Part shown: piece by piece, positions 12,101 through 26,175 of the stretch
How the letters are laid out: every line of letters starts with the position of its first letter
Position numbering within the stretch: position 1 is the first letter of the stretch
Assembly (NCBI RefSeq): GCF_963921235.1
Contig: NC_086104.1
Location: forward strand, 4,526,001 to 4,590,000
Length of the DNA: 64,000 bases
Reading direction: 5' to 3'
From: Mobula hypostoma
Lineage: Eukaryota
The notes under the pieces: model-generated
What the model was told of the DNA's origin: nothing
Databases searched by the model: none
Seen by the model: only the letters and a program-made list of their open reading frames with translations
Made by a program: the position numbers and the translations under genes

Positions 12101-14930
12101 GTGTAGTACATAGCGCAATCAGGGGTCCGCAAAAGCCAGCACCAGTGTCTGGGTCAGAACTGAAAAGCCTACTCGAAGGGCTCCGATGGGCGTAGATATT
12201 CTCCAACCTCCCTGTCCTTTTTTTCCTTTCACTTTCTTCCCCAAGGGACGGTAACCACACAGAAGCTGGTTCAAGGGGTGACTCACTTTCACGTAGCCCT
12301 TCACGAATCTCCGATAATAACCACAGAACCCCAGGAATGAGTGCAGAGTGCTCACAGTCTGGGGCCTCGGCCAAGTGGTCACTGCTTCTACCTTAGCCAG
12401 GTCTGTAGCTACTCCATTCCAGGAGATTATATGCCCGACATAGGTTGTCAAGCTGAGGAGTGTTAGTGGGGACAAGCTCCCACTACCTAAAAGTGCTCCT
12501 CATGGCATGCGCCTCAAATAGCCTCTGACAACCAAGTCCAACTCCTGGCCTTCTCCTGTGGCTCAGCCTCTAAACCTGGCGTAACTGTTTCTACTGACAG
12601 GAGAAGGGGTGAAGGTGGGTCCTGGAGCCTTAAAACCACTGCTTCAGGTAGATGGAGCTCATCAGCCTGGGAAAGCAGTTCATCTAAGAGAGGGAAAACT
12701 CTGATTTCAAACCTCCACTGCCTTGAGGCCATACTCACTTATGGGAAAGGCTTCGGGAGTAAATCCTGAGGACAAATCCGGAGTTGTAGTCCCTAAGGCA
12801 GTCCGATGTTGTCTTCAACATCGCTCTTGGCAACTCCTCCGACGACACTGGTGCCAAGCTGTATCGGTCCCTGCCCTTCCCTTGGACAACATTGGTGGCG
12901 TGGAGAGGGGAGAGGGGAGACTTGCTGCTTGGGCAACTGCCTGTCTTCCATACAACCTCGCCCAGGCCTGCGCCCTGGAAACTTTCCAGGCGCAGATCCA
13001 TGGTCTCGCGAGACTAACGGATGCCATCCATCCATAGCTAACAGACGGCTTGCAGAACTGGCACTTGTCCAGGGAAAGTTTTAACCCTTCATCCTTCAGG
13101 CCACCTGACACCTTCAGTCGCCTTGCTTCATGTACTTCCAAAGTGGATCCAAGTACTATCAAATCATCCAAATATACCAACACTTCAAGCAAGTTCATAT
13201 CCCCCACCGTCTTCTCCATGACCCTCTGGAAGATGCAGGGGCTCCCGATATGCCCTGGGGCATCCTTTCGAACGAGAAGAATCCCAGGGGACATATAAAT
13301 GCTGTCTTCTCTTTATTGGCCTCACTCATCGAGATCTGGTAATATCCACTCCTCAAGTCCAGCACACTAAACCACTTTGTAGCGCTCAGACAGGCCAGCA
13401 CGTCTTTGACCCTCGGGACCGTATACTGGTCAGGGATAGTGTGCCTGCTCAGAGTCCTATAATCCACACACATGAGTACCTTCCCGTTTTCCTTCCGGGC
13501 CACTAGTATTGGGGACGCATATGGGCTTCGGGACTCACTGATAATCCCAGCGTCCTTCAACTTACACAAATGCTGCCGCACGTCTTCCACGTCTGCAGGG
13601 ACCAGTCGCCGTGACCTCTCTCTAAACGGGGTATCCTCGGTCACCCGGATGGTGTGACAAATGCTCTTGGAACAACCCACATCAAACTCGCCCAGGGAAA
13701 AGACACCTTCCAGCTTCAACATCTTCTCCACCAGCCTCTGTTCCAACCCGGCAGCACAGAAGAATCCCCAGAGTTAAATGCTCAGCGGTCAACTTTTCCC
13801 TTTTCTCCAATAGTTTCTTCCCAGCGGGCTTCACAGGAGCGCTAGACATTACTGTCACCGGGAGCAAATGCGTCAGGGGCATCCCTCTCTTAAAGGCGAT
13901 CTCTCTCTTCATAGTGTTCCTGACGATCACAGCCATCCTGCTCGCCTTTACCACCGAGGGTCTCTGCAATTCGGGCCTCACCAGCAGCCCAGCCAGAAAT
14001 CACGACTCCCCTTCGAAGTCTTCCGGAGCATTTACTAAGATGGCCTTGCCCTCAGGCACTCCAGGAAATTTGGGGGTCCCCATCACTCTTGCTACTTCCC
14101 TGGGCCGTATCACCTTAGGCTTAGACTGGGTGCACCACACAGTCATTTGTTTAAATTCGGTATCTGGCCCAATGCAGCCACACACTCCCTCAAACGCAGC
14201 TCGAAACACTGGGTGCACAGACAGGGTCCCTAAAAAGCTTTTACCTGCCTTCTCCTTGCAGGCCCGCATGACCCTCCATACAAGAGGGGTGCTGGTCCCC
14301 ACCAGAATTGAAACACTCCCCATCTCAACTGGATCTGGGCAAACCAGCACTAACATCTCAAGAACTTCAGACACACCCACATCAGCCTCCAAGAACTCCA
14401 GTTTCACTGACAAATAACCATCGTACGGATAATCACCAACACTGTTACCCCAAATCTCCAGTGCACTGAATGGGGTCAAGAGAAAGTGCTTCAGATGCTG
14501 GTTGTAGAACGAACAGTTGAGTAATGTGACCTGCGACCTGGTGTCGAGTATGGCTTTTGCGTAGATTCCCTATATCCGTAGCGACACGCTGGAGTGGGTT
14601 CCCACTGATCTGTCTGGAATAGGGTCTTTCGCTTTCGGGGGTTCCTTGGTACATTGCTGGGGCTGTGTTCCCCCAGAGACACGAGGCCATTCCCTCACTG
14701 GGTCTCCTCTAAGTTTCCCGACACCTCCCCCTGCTTGCATCCCCGGGGGCTCGCTCTCCGAGGGGCTTCCTGCCGCTCACATTCCCGCTGGAAGTGTCCC
14801 TCTTCCCCACAGTGATAGCACACGCTACCAAACGCCCCTCTTTTCGTGGAACCCCAGCCACCCGCAGCCCTCTGCGCAGTCCGTTCTCTGGGGGTGGGGG
14901 GCCTACGTTTGTGTGGACACTGTGTGATTC
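9120..14930 (-). mobile_element. Ty3/Gypsy LTR retrotransposon 1 (decayed): gag-pro-RT-RNaseH-integrase and 3' LTR (about 9120-9654)
   Basis: Zn knuckle CYHCGEEGHFQREC, RT (SPYASP, CVDYRTL, YLDDL), RNaseH (LHTDAS, LEFLALKWA), integrase (VCMDF, TMPYHPQ, SSYFLMFGR); PPT CAGTGGGACGAGAA then TGTAGGG at 9654; gag cut by element 2. Confidence 0.92.
12444..13032 (+). mobile_element. Non-autonomous RTE-like element inserted in Gypsy RT
   Basis: Flanked by CATAG duplication (12439-12443, 13033-13037); CCAT-repeat tail; Gypsy frame resumes across it; RTE assignment is inference. Confidence 0.65.
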
Positions 14931-16485
14931 CTAACCCTGTTACAGATAAGTACCACAAAATAACAGACAGTACACCTCATAAAACATAAAGATTTAGCTT
15001 TATAATTCTCCATTTGCCTAAAGGGTTAATAAAGAAAAAGCCAAAAAAGAAAAGGGCCCATTTTAATGAAACAGTCTAATATGGAGCTCACCGTTTTCCC
15101 TTTGCCGATCTTCTTTCGATCTCCCCGGGCTTTGTCGAGTCACGGCCCCACTCCGGGTCGACTCCTACGACCTCTTCCCTCCGTTGCCTTCTCTCTTCTC
15201 CCCCAATGAAGCCTCAAGCCCAACCTTAGTGTCCCTCACCAGAGAAACCTCCCCTAAATCTGGCCATCCTCATTGGATGGGATACAATTCTCCTATCTCT
15301 TATCTTCAACAGTAACCAAGACCCCCTTACCCCGTCATCTACTTTAGGTTCCGACCCTCTGTGGGATACTGCTGGTCTATCTGGCGAGGCCTCTCCCAGT
15401 CTATCACATGTGCCCTCCTGCAACTTGGTTCCCTCTGTCCCTTGGCTGAGCCCTGCTTCATCCCCTTCACAGTCCTGCTGAAACCTAGCCTGTCAACAGA
15501 TAGTCCCTCCGATTTCATCAGACTCAGTGTGAGAAGGGTTGGGAGCCTCTTCCTCAATCTGTCAGGAGTTAGCACAATGCAGTATATACCACACCCCCAT
15601 TTCCTCATCCTTCGAGTCCGTATCCCATTCAGGGGCGAGGGGCAGTCTAGTATCTCCTGCTGTTGGTCCTTCAGTTGCTCTGTATCGCCATAGAGTCTTC
15701 TTACTAGGTGCAGGCTCCAGGTCGGGCTCTGAGTCAACTCACACCTCTTGTCCCAGAGGCAGAAGGTGGTTCCGATGGAGAATATTGACAGGACCTTTCA
15801 TATCCTCTGGTTTCACCTGGAAAGCTGGTACGTTTGACATCTGACGGTCCACTACATAGAGCGTAGCCGCCCAGCAGTCAGCCAACTTATGCTTTTCAGG
15901 TAACCCAAAATTCCTTATGAGGACTCAGTCTCCCAGCATGTTGGGAGAACCTAACCTTTTCCTCATACCTCCTCTTATTTCCTTGATTCTACTTGGCAGC
16001 AGCAACCACAGATAATTTATAAGCCTTTTTCAGCTCCTTTCTCATATCAGACAAATACCTTAGATAAGTCTACGGTGTAGGTCTTCCTCACCAGCCCCAA
16101 AACAAAGGTTGCTGGGTAACCGCGCCTCACGACCAAATATCAGGTAATATGGCAAGGTTCATTTCGGGTACAGTTGTAGCAGTGGACCAGTTGTCCAATA
16201 TGTCAACTCCACTTGTTTTTCTTGCTAGTTTCCAAGGTTCCTAGTATGTCTAGCAAGGTCTGATTAAACCTTTCAGGCTGGGATAAGGAGTAGTTCCAGA
16301 CTTCTCGACTCCAAGCATGCTCAATAGCTCATGTATGAGCCCACTCTCAAAATCCTGTCCCTGATCACTGTCGATCTTCCTGCACAGGCCATTATAAATG
16401 AAATGCTTCTTCCATAATAATGAGACAGGGAAAGCTTGCACATATCTGGTGTAGTAATCCATAATGACCAAGACATTCACCATGA

Positions 16486-17997
16486 TAATTTTTCAAAACC
16501 CGTTAGATTCTGGACTAGTTCCTGAAGATTGGAGGGTGGCTAATGTAACCCCACTTTTTAAAAAAGGAGGGAGAGAGAAACCGGGGAATTATAGACCGGT
16601 TAACCTAACGTCGGTGGTGGGGAAACGGCTAGAGTCAGTTATCAAGGATGTGATAACAGCACATTTGGAAAGCAGTGAAATGATCGGACAAAGTCAGCAT
16701 GGATTTGTGAAAGGAAAATCATGTCTGACGAATCTCATAGAATTTTTTGAGGATGTAACTAGTAGAGTGGATAGGGGAGAACCAGTGGATGTGGTATATT
16801 TGGATTTTCAAAAGGCTTTTGACAAGGTCCCACACAGGAGATTAGTATGCAAACTTAAAGCACACGGTATTGGGGGTAAGGTATTGGTGTGGGTGGAGAA
16901 TTGGTTAGCAGACAGGAAGCAAAGAGTGGGAATAAACGGGACCTTTTCAGAATGGCAGGCGGTGACTAGTGGGGTACCGCAAGGCTCAGTGCTGGGACCC
17001 CAGTTGTTTACAATATATATTAATGACTTGGATGAGGGAATTAAATGCAGCATCTCCAAGTTTGCGGATGACACGAAGCTGGGTGGCAGTGTTAGCAGTG
17101 AGGAGGATGCTAAGAGGATGCAGGGTGACTTGGATAGGTTGGGTGAGTGGGCAAATTCATGGCAGATGCAATTTAATGTGGATAAATGAGAAGTTATCCA
17201 CTTTGGTGGCAAAAATAGGAAAACAGATTATTATCTGAATGGTGGCCGATTAGGAAAAGGGGAGGTGCAACGAGACCTGGGTGTCATTATACACCAGTCA
17301 TTGAAAGTGCGCATGCAGGTACAGCAGGCGGTGAAAAAGGCGAATGGTATGCTGGCATTTATAGTGAGAGGATTCGAGTACAGGAGCAGGGAGGTACTAC
17401 TGCAGTTGTACAAGGCCTTGGTGAGACCACACCTGGAGTATTGTGTGCAGTTTTGGTCCCCTAATCTGAGGAAAGACATCTTTGCCATAGAGGGAGTACA
17501 AAGAAGGTTCACCAGATTGATTCCTGGGATGGCAGGACTTTCATATGAAGAAAGACTGGATGAATTGGGCTTGTACTCGTTGGAATTTAGAAGATTGAGG
17601 GGGGATCTGATTGAAACGTATAAGATCCTAAAGGGATTGGACAGGCTAGATGCAGGTAGATTGTTCCCGATGTTGGGGAAGTCCAGGACGAGGGGTCACA
17701 GTTTGAGGATAGAGGGGAAGCCTTTTAGGACCGAGATTAGGAAAAACTTCTTCACACAGAGAGTGGTGAATCTGTGGAATTCTCTGCCACAGGAAACTGT
17801 TGATGCCAGTTCATTGGCTATATTTAAGAAGGAGTTAGATATGGCCCTTGTGGCTACAGGGGTCAGGGGGTATGGAGGGAAGGCTGGGGCTGGTTTCTGA
17901 GTTGGATGATCAGCCATGATCATAATAAATGGCGGTGCAGGCTCGAAGGGCCGAATGGCCTACTCCTGCACCTATTTTCTATGTTTCTATGTTTCTA
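16486..17997 (+). mobile_element. Young 5'-truncated CR1 LINE
   Basis: Near-intact RT ORF (241 aa + 211 aa separated by a TGA at 17187-17189), (TTTCTATG)n tail, inserted in Gypsy integrase. Confidence 0.95.
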
Positions 17998-18159
17998 TGT
18001 TGCTGGCATCTGGCTCGATTGACAGGAAATTGATACACATCAGGTCAAGGTGCCCTGATCTCTGCAAATGGGACAACGGAGTGGCCCTCCTTGGCAACAT
18101 CTTCCTCTGTATGCATAATGCATGACCTGCAGTTCTTTTCGATCTCCGGCTTCATTCCA

Positions 18160-21100
18160 AAAGACCATAAGACACAGAAGCAGAATTAGGTCATCTGGCC
18201 CATCGAGTATGCACCACCATTCAATCATGGCTGATCCTTTTTTTCAAAATCTCCTCCTCAAACCTAGTTCTCGCCCTGCTTCCCATAATCTTTGATGTCA
18301 TGTCCTATCAAGAACCTATCAATCTTTGCTGTAAATACACACAACGACCTGGCCATCACAGATACATGTGGCAACAAAATCCACAAATTCACCACACTTT
18401 GGCTAAAGAAATTTCTCTGCATATCTGTTTTGAAAGGGTGCCCCTCGACCCTGAGGCTGTGCCCTCTCATCCTAGACTCTCCCACCATGGGAAAAATTCA
18501 TTCCACATCTACTCCAGATCTTTCAACATTTGAAAGGTTTCAATGAGATTCTCCCTCATCCTTCTGAGTTCCAGTGAGTACAGACCCAGAGATATCAATC
18601 GTTCTCTATGATAAACCTTTCATTCCTGGAATCATCCTTGTGAACTTCCTCTGAACTCTCTCCAATGCCAACACATCTTTTCTAAGATGAAGGGACCAAA
18701 ACTGTTCACAATACTCAGGGCGAGGTCTCACCAGTGCCTTATAAAGCCTCAGCATCACCTCCCTGCTCTTGTATTCTAGACCTCTGGAAATGAATCCTAA
18801 CATGGCATTTGCCTTCCTCACCACCAACTCAACCTGCAAGCTAACCTTCAGGGTGTTCTGCACAAAGACTCCCAAGTCCCTCTGCATCTTAGATTCCTGG
18901 GTTTTCTCCCCGTTTAAAAAATAGTTGGCACAATTATTTCCACTACCAAAGTTCATGACCATGCATTTTCCAACATTGTGATTCATTTGCAACTTGTTGT
19001 CCATTCTCATAATCTGTCTAAGTCCTTCTGCATCCGACCTGTTTTCTCAATACTACCTGCCCTTCTACCAATCTTTGTATCATCTGCAAACTTGGCAACA
19101 AAGGCATCTATTCCATCATCTAAATCATTTATATACAGCATAAAAAGAAGTTGTCCCAACACCGGCCCCGCAGAAAACCACTAGTCACTGGCAGCCAACC
19201 AGAAAAGGATCCTTTTATTCCCACTCGCTGCCTCCTACCAATCAGTCAATACTCTATCCATGTTAGTAACTTTCCTGTAATACTATGGGCTCTTAACTTG
19301 GTAGGCAGCTGCATGTGTGGCACATTGCCAAAGCCCTTCGTTAAGTCCAAATATACAACATCCATTGCATGCCCTTTATCTATCCCACTTGTAATCTCCT
19401 CAAAGAATTTCAACAAGTTCATCAGGCAGGATTTTCCCTGAAGAAAACCATACTGACTTTGTACTATCTTGTCCTGTGTAACCAAGTACTCCATCACCTC
19501 TTCCTTGACTCTAACATCTTCCCAACCACTGAGGTCAGGCTAACTGGTCTATAATTTCCCTTCTGCTGCTGTCCTCCTTTCTTAAAGAGTGGAGTAACAT
19601 TTGCAGTTTTCCAGTCCTCTGGCACCATGCCAGAGTCCAATGATTTTTGAAAGATCATTTCTAATGCCATCACAATTTCTCAAGCTACCTCTTCCAGAAC
19701 CCTAGGGTGCAGTTGCTCTGGGCTGGGTGACTTATATACCTTTAAGTCTTTCAGCTTTTTGAGCGTCTTCTCCCTTGTAACAGTAACTGCACCCACTTCT
19801 CTTCCTTCACACACTACAACATCAGGCATACTGCTAATGTCTTCCCCAGTGAAGGAAAAGGAAAGGTACGTCGCATCTGGTGTTTCTCCGGATAGCAGAC
19901 GATTTCCCTCCGCGCCTCTCTGACATAGTGGGGATTCGCATACGAGGCAAGTTACAGCAGTGGTTTGCCATTGCCTTCTGCCGGGTGAGTTTCCAAAGAG
20001 ATCACCAGCTCGTAACCCAGCACGGGTGGAAAGCGTGCAGGGGAGGGGAGCTGGCAGGCTGGATTCGAACCCGGGACCTTTCGTCCCGAAGTCCGATGCT
20101 AATACCACTACGCCACCGGCCGGGTCCCACAGTGAAGACTGATGCAAAATACTTATTTAATTCAGCAGCCATCTCCTTGTCCCCGTTATTATTTCTCCTG
20201 CCACATTTTCAAGCAGTTCTATATCCACTCTCGTCTCTCGTTTAAGTTTTACATACTTGAAAAAAATCTTTTACTATCCACTTTGATATTATTTGCCTGC
20301 TTGCTTTCAAATTTCATCACTTTCTTTCTCATGATTTTTGAGTTGCATTCTGTAGCTTTTAAAAAAAAACTTCCCAAACATCTATCTTCCCAATAATTTT
20401 TGCTTTGTTGTACGTCCTTTCTTTTGCTTTCACAATAGCTTTGACTTCCCTTGTCAGCCACAGTTGTACTATTTACCATTTCATTATTTCTTCATTGTTG
20501 GAATGCACATGTCCAGCACATTCCTCATTTTTCCCAGAAACGCACACCATTGCTGCTCTGCTGAGATCCCTGCCTTCAGCTCCTTCCAATTTACTTTGAC
20601 CAACTCCTCTCTTATATATCTGTAATTTTCCTTACTCCACTGAAATACTGCTGCATCAGACTACTTTCTCCCTATCAAATTTCAAGTTGAACTCAATGAT
20701 ATTGTGATCACTGGTTCCTAGGGGTTCTTTTACCTTAAGCTCCCTAAACACCTCCAGTTCATTACATAACACTTCATCCAGTATCACTGATCCCCTTGTA
20801 GGTCAACAACAAACTGCTCTAAAAAGCTATCTCTTCGGCATTCAACAAACTCATTCTCTTGAGATCCATTACCAATCTGATTTTCCCAATTGACCTGCAT
20901 ATTAAAATCTCCCATGACTAGCATAACATTGCCCATTTGACTTGCCTTCTTTATTTTCTATTGTAACCTGTGGCCCACCTCCCAGCCACTGGTTAGGTGG
21001 AGGCCTGTTGATAACTGCCATCAACATCCTTTTACTCTTGCAGTTTCTTAACTCAACCCACAAGGATTCAACATCTTCCTATCCTATGTCACACCTTTCT

Positions 21101-22610
21101 ACTGATTTGATGCAATTCTTCACCAGTAGAGCCACACCACCTCCTCTGCCTGCCTTCCTATTCCTCCGCTATAACATGCAACCTTGGACATTCAGCTCCC
21201 AACTACAACCATCCTTCAGCCACGATTCAGTGATGGCCACATCATCATACTTGGTAATCTGAAATATTGCAACAAGATCATCCACCTTAATTCTTATACT
21301 ACGTGCATTTAGATACAACACCTCGAGTACCATATTTGCTATCCTTTCTGACTCGGCTTTGCCAATGATTTGATACTCCCCTTGTTGGCTGCAACCAAAT
21401 CCCGTCACCTGCCTGCACTTCCTGACAATCTGAGTCCATCCCCCTGCCGAGTTAATTTATACCACCCCAACAGCTCCAACAAACCTGCTCATCAGAATAT
21501 TCATCCCCCTTGGGCTTAGGTGCAACCCATCACTTTTGAACAGGTCATACCTTAGCCAGAAGAGATTCTAATGATCCAAGAACCTGAAGCTCTGCCCCCT
21601 GCACCAGCTTCTCAGCCGCGCATTTATCTGCCAAATCACCCTGTTTCTACCCTCACTGACACGTGGCACATGCAGCAATCCAGAAATTACTGCCCTGGAG
21701 GTCCCGCTTCTCAGCTTTCTACCTAGCTCTCTAAATTCTTTTTTCAGGACCTCATTGCTTTTCCTTCCTTTGGCATTCGTACCAATATGTACCAAGCCAT
21801 CTGGCTGCTTCCCCTCCCTCTCCAAAATGTTGTGGATGCAATCTGAGACATCCCTGAACCTGGCACCTGGGTGGCAACATCCCATCTGGGTGTCCTGTAC
21901 ATGTCCACAGAATATCCTGTCTGTTCCCCTCACTATCACTATTGCACCCTTCTTCTCTCTCTTTCCCTTCTGCACCGCGGACCCATGCTCAGTGCCTGTA
22001 ACCCAGTCGCCCTGGCATTCACCCGGGAAGTCATCCCCCACAAATGTATCCAAAACGGTATACTTGTTCTTGAATGGAATGGCCACAAGGGTGCTCTGCT
22101 CTAACAGCCTATTTCCATTTCTAATGACAGTCACCCAGCTGCTCGCCTCCTGCAACTTTGGGGTGACCACTTCTCTGTAACTTTGACCAATGATATCATC
22201 GCTCTCCCGTACAAGCCAAAGGTCATCCAGTTGCTCCAGATCCCTAGCACGGTCTTCAAAGAGCTGCAGCCGGATGCACTTCACGCAGAAGTAGTTCCCC
22301 GGGAGACCCTGGGTCTCCCAAGACTCCAATATCCAGCATGAAGAACACACAACAACCATTTGAATGGTACATTATGAGAGGAAAAAAAGATAAAAAGGAA
22401 ACCTTAACAGACGCTTTACATAGAGCCAACGCCTCCTCCGAGCCAAAGCCTGATTTGAGCCAAAGCTGTTCGCTTCTACTCTCGCCACTGGCCTACTCCC
22501 AAATATGGCTGCTCCGCTTATCCCTTCTGTACTTTTATTTAATTCGTAGAGCTCTGTTGATGCTGCTGATAGGCCACATACAATGAACAAATGCCCTTAA
22601 AGCTCCCTCT
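18160..22610 (-). mobile_element. Near full-length decayed CR1 (ORF1 esterase and ORF2)
   Basis: ORF 21568-22359 CSSCWILE...CVKC, VHIGTN; ORF2 motifs through 18600-21400; 3' end near 18160. Confidence 0.9.
19855..20123 (-). mobile_element. tRNA-derived SINE
   Basis: A box TGGCGTAGTGG and B box GGTTCGAATCC; imperfect target duplication TCCCCAGTGAAG / TCCCACAGTGAAG; inserted in CR1. Confidence 0.85.
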
Positions 22611-24068
22611 TCAAACAATCACCGCTGATCTGTGAGAAATCCCTCTTGATAGAGCTCTGTTGATGCCGCTAATAAGCCACGTACATTCGGGGCCAGTAGA
22701 ACCGACCTCTGAGCAATGCACTGGTCTTTTCAACCCCAATATGGCCAGAATCATCATGAAGTGACTTCAACACAATCCCCCGGTACTTCTCCGGTAGAAC
22801 CAGCTGGGAATGCCGAGGCCGGTCCTGAAGTGACGTGACCCAGTATAGGATCTGGTTCCTTAACTCCGGATTGGGCCATTCTCTCAGTAATGTAAGCACC
22901 GCAGTGTATTTCAGTCTTCTCCGTTTGGGCCATGTCTCCCTTTTTGACTGCTGACATAATGGTACTGATGCCCTGGTCATCTCACTGAGCAGCTGCCATT
23001 TCCCCAGAACTCAATTCCGGAAACTGGTTTGTCTTCAGAGCACTCAGGTTACAGTTAGCCTGTGGCATCCGGTTTTGCCAAGGTCAGGATATAAGTTAGG
23101 GATTGTTGTCCGCCCTCACCTCATACTTGGCACCGTAGAGGTAGTCACTCAACTTATCCACCACAGCCCATTTCAAGGCCAGGAATTCCAACTTGTGCAT
23201 GGGAAAGTTTTTCTCAGAGGGTGACAGCCTCTGGCTGATAAATGCAACAGGTCTCAACACTGTGCCCTGATTCTGATACAGAACACCACCTTAGCCTTGC
23301 CTGCTGGAATCCGTATGTAGTACAAACGGCAACTGAGGGTCTGCAAAAGCCAGCACAGGTGCCTGGGTCAGCAGCTCCTTCAGCGACTGAAAGGCCTCTT
23401 CACATTTCGCATTCCACCTCACTCCAAAAGGTTTCCAAAAGCTCAGATACTCTTTACTCTCCTCTCCTTTTGTCCTCTCCTCTTTCTTCCCCAAGGGAGG
23501 GTAACCACACAGAAGTTGATTCAACGGGTGACTCACTTTTGCATAGCCTTTCATGAACCTCCAATAGTACCCATAGAAACCGAGGAACAAGCGTAAAGCG
23601 ATCACAGTCTGGGGCCTTGGCCATGTGGTCAATGCCCCTATCTTAGATGGATCCAAGCGACTCCATCCCATGAGACGATGTGCCCACATAACTGACTGTC
23701 TTGCAGAACTGGCACTTGTCCAGAAAAAGTTTTAACCCTTCAGCTTTCAGGCGGCCCAGCACCTTCAGTAGCCTCCCTTCATGTTCCTCCAAGGTGGACA
23801 CAAATACTATGAGTCAATCGAGATACACCAATACCTCAAGCAAGTTCATATCCCCCACCATTTTCTCCATGACCGGCTGGAAGGTTGCAGGGGCTCCTGA
23901 TATGCCCTGGGGTATCCTTTCAAACTGGAAGAATCCCAGTGGACATATACCGTAAATACGATCTTCTCTTTGTCAGCCTCACTCATGGTGAACTGATAAT
24001 ATCCACTCCTCACACCCAGCACACTGAACCACTTCACATTACTCGGACAGGCCAACTTATCTTCAATC

Positions 24069-24987
24069 TGTCATGGTCCAGTCCGTGAAGTCCGCGTTCC
24101 AGTTCACGGCCTGGTCCATGGACTTTGGATTCCAGGTCTTCCGGCTGTCCCTTGTTTCAGTTGGGCTTAATCATAGGCACCTGATGCTCATCTTGGGGCT
24201 GGGAATATAAGTAGCACTGGGTTCGAGTGTGGTTGCTGGTTTGTCTTGTCAGTATCCCATCCTTGCCTCTGTGGGGTAAGTCAGGCCATCTTTGCTGTTA
24301 CCCTGCGGTTGGATCTGTCCCTTCCTGTCCTAGTGTTGGGAACCATCTTGTCTTGTTCAGCATTCTGTTCCCAAGAAAGGGTCCTGGCTCTATGTTCCAT
24401 GTCCTGGGTTCCTGTCTCTCAAGTCCAAGGCTCTGTGTTCCTGTGCTTTAGACCAAGGCTCTGTGTTCTTGTCCCCTGCATGACCAAGTCAAGGCTTCCG
24501 GTTTTGTGCTCCGAGGTTCCTGTTGTCCCAAGTCCAAGGTTTCAAAGTTCCTGTCATCCCAAATCCAAAGCTCGGCTTTTCCTCAGTACCAAGTCAAGGC
24601 TTCATGTTCTTGTCCTGTGCTGGAGTTCCCTCGACCTGCCCAGGAGTCTCTCGTTCTGTCTTGTAGCCTTGTCTAGTCCTGTCTCCCAAGACCACGTCAT
24701 GTCTTCGCCTAGTTGCGAAGTCCAAGCCTGAGTCAAGACCCAGGTTCTGGGTCCTTGTCCAGTCTCTGGCTCGAAGTCCGAACCCAAGCCACGTCATGTC
24801 CTCACCTTGAAGAACTCAAGCCACGAAGAACCCAAGCTTCCAGGAACCCAAGTCTGTGCTCTTGTTCCAGCTCCTAGTCTACATCCAGTCACGTCCCTAA
24901 CTCTAGTCCTGTCCTATCCTGTTCCTGGTACTTCAGAGTCTGTGTCTTGCAGTTGGGTCCGCCTCCCAGTGTCCCCCACTATGTTAT
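24069..24987 (+). mobile_element. Solo LTR of the mini-LTR family
   Basis: Starts TGTCATGGTCC; AATC duplication (24065-24068, 24988-24991); Gypsy RT frame (TVVKI|IEDKLA) resumes across it. Confidence 0.85.
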
Positions 24988-26175
24988 AATCTTTACGACC
25001 GTATACTGGTCGGGGACAGTATGCCTATTTGGAGTCCTATAATTCACACAAATCTGTACCTTCCCATTCTTCTTCCTAGACACTATTATTGGGGACGCAT
25101 ATGGGCTCCTGGTCTCAGTGATGATCCCAGCTTCCTTCAGCTTACACAAATGTTGCCAAACATCTTCCACCTCTACAAGGACCAGTCACTGTGACCTTTC
25201 TCTGAACGGGGTGTCCGCAATCACCTGGATAGTGTAGCGAGTGCTCTTGAAACAACCCACATCAAACTTGTCAGGAGAAAAGACGCCTTCCAGCTTCAAC
25301 ATCTTCTCTATCAACCTCCTCTTCCAACCTGCAGGTACCAGGGAGTCCCCAGAGTTGAAGGACTCGGCAGTCAACATTCCCTTGTTCAGAAGAGTTTCTT
25401 CCCGGCTTGTCTCACAGGGGCAATAGACATTACCGTCACCGGGAAAAAATGTGCCGGGGAATTCCCCTCTTGAAGGTTACTTCCCTCTTCATAGTGTTCC
25501 TGACAATCACTGCCATCTTGTTCACCTGTACAACCGAGGGTTTCTGCAGTTCGGGACTCACTGGTAGCCCAGCAGGTAAGCCCGACTCCTCTTCCTGGTC
25601 TTCTGGAGCTTCTACTAAGAAGGCATCGGACTCAGCCACTCAGAGAAATTTGGGGTTTCCCATCACTCTCACTACTTCCCCGGGCCGTAACACAATTGGC
25701 TTTGACTAGCTGTACCACACTGTCCCTCATCTAATCTTGTTATCCGGCCCAATGGAGTCACGCACTTCCTCAAAAGCAGCTCAAAGTACATGGGTGAATG
25801 GACAAAGTTCTCAGAAATCTCTCTCCAACTTTCTCCTCGCAGGCTCCCATGAGCCTCCTCACAGTAGGAGTATTGGTCCCCACAAAAATTGAAATGCTGC
25901 CCTTCTCAACGGGGTCTGAATAAACCAGCACTTAATGTATCATGGACCTCAGCCACTCCCACATCAGCCTCCAAGAACTCCAGCTTCACTGACAACTAAC
26001 CATCGTACGGATAATCACCAGCACTGAGACCCCAGATCTCTAGTGCACTGAGTGGTGTCAATGGTAAATGCTTCAGATACTGGTTGTAAAATGAACAGTA
26101 CAGCAAAGTGACCTGTGACCGTGTGTCAAGTATGGCTCTAGCATAAAGACTCCCTATCCATAATGATACACAGGA

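Noticed and set aside
20050-20123. tRNA gene
   Set aside because: No clean cloverleaf; it continues into a SINE body and tail with a target duplication.
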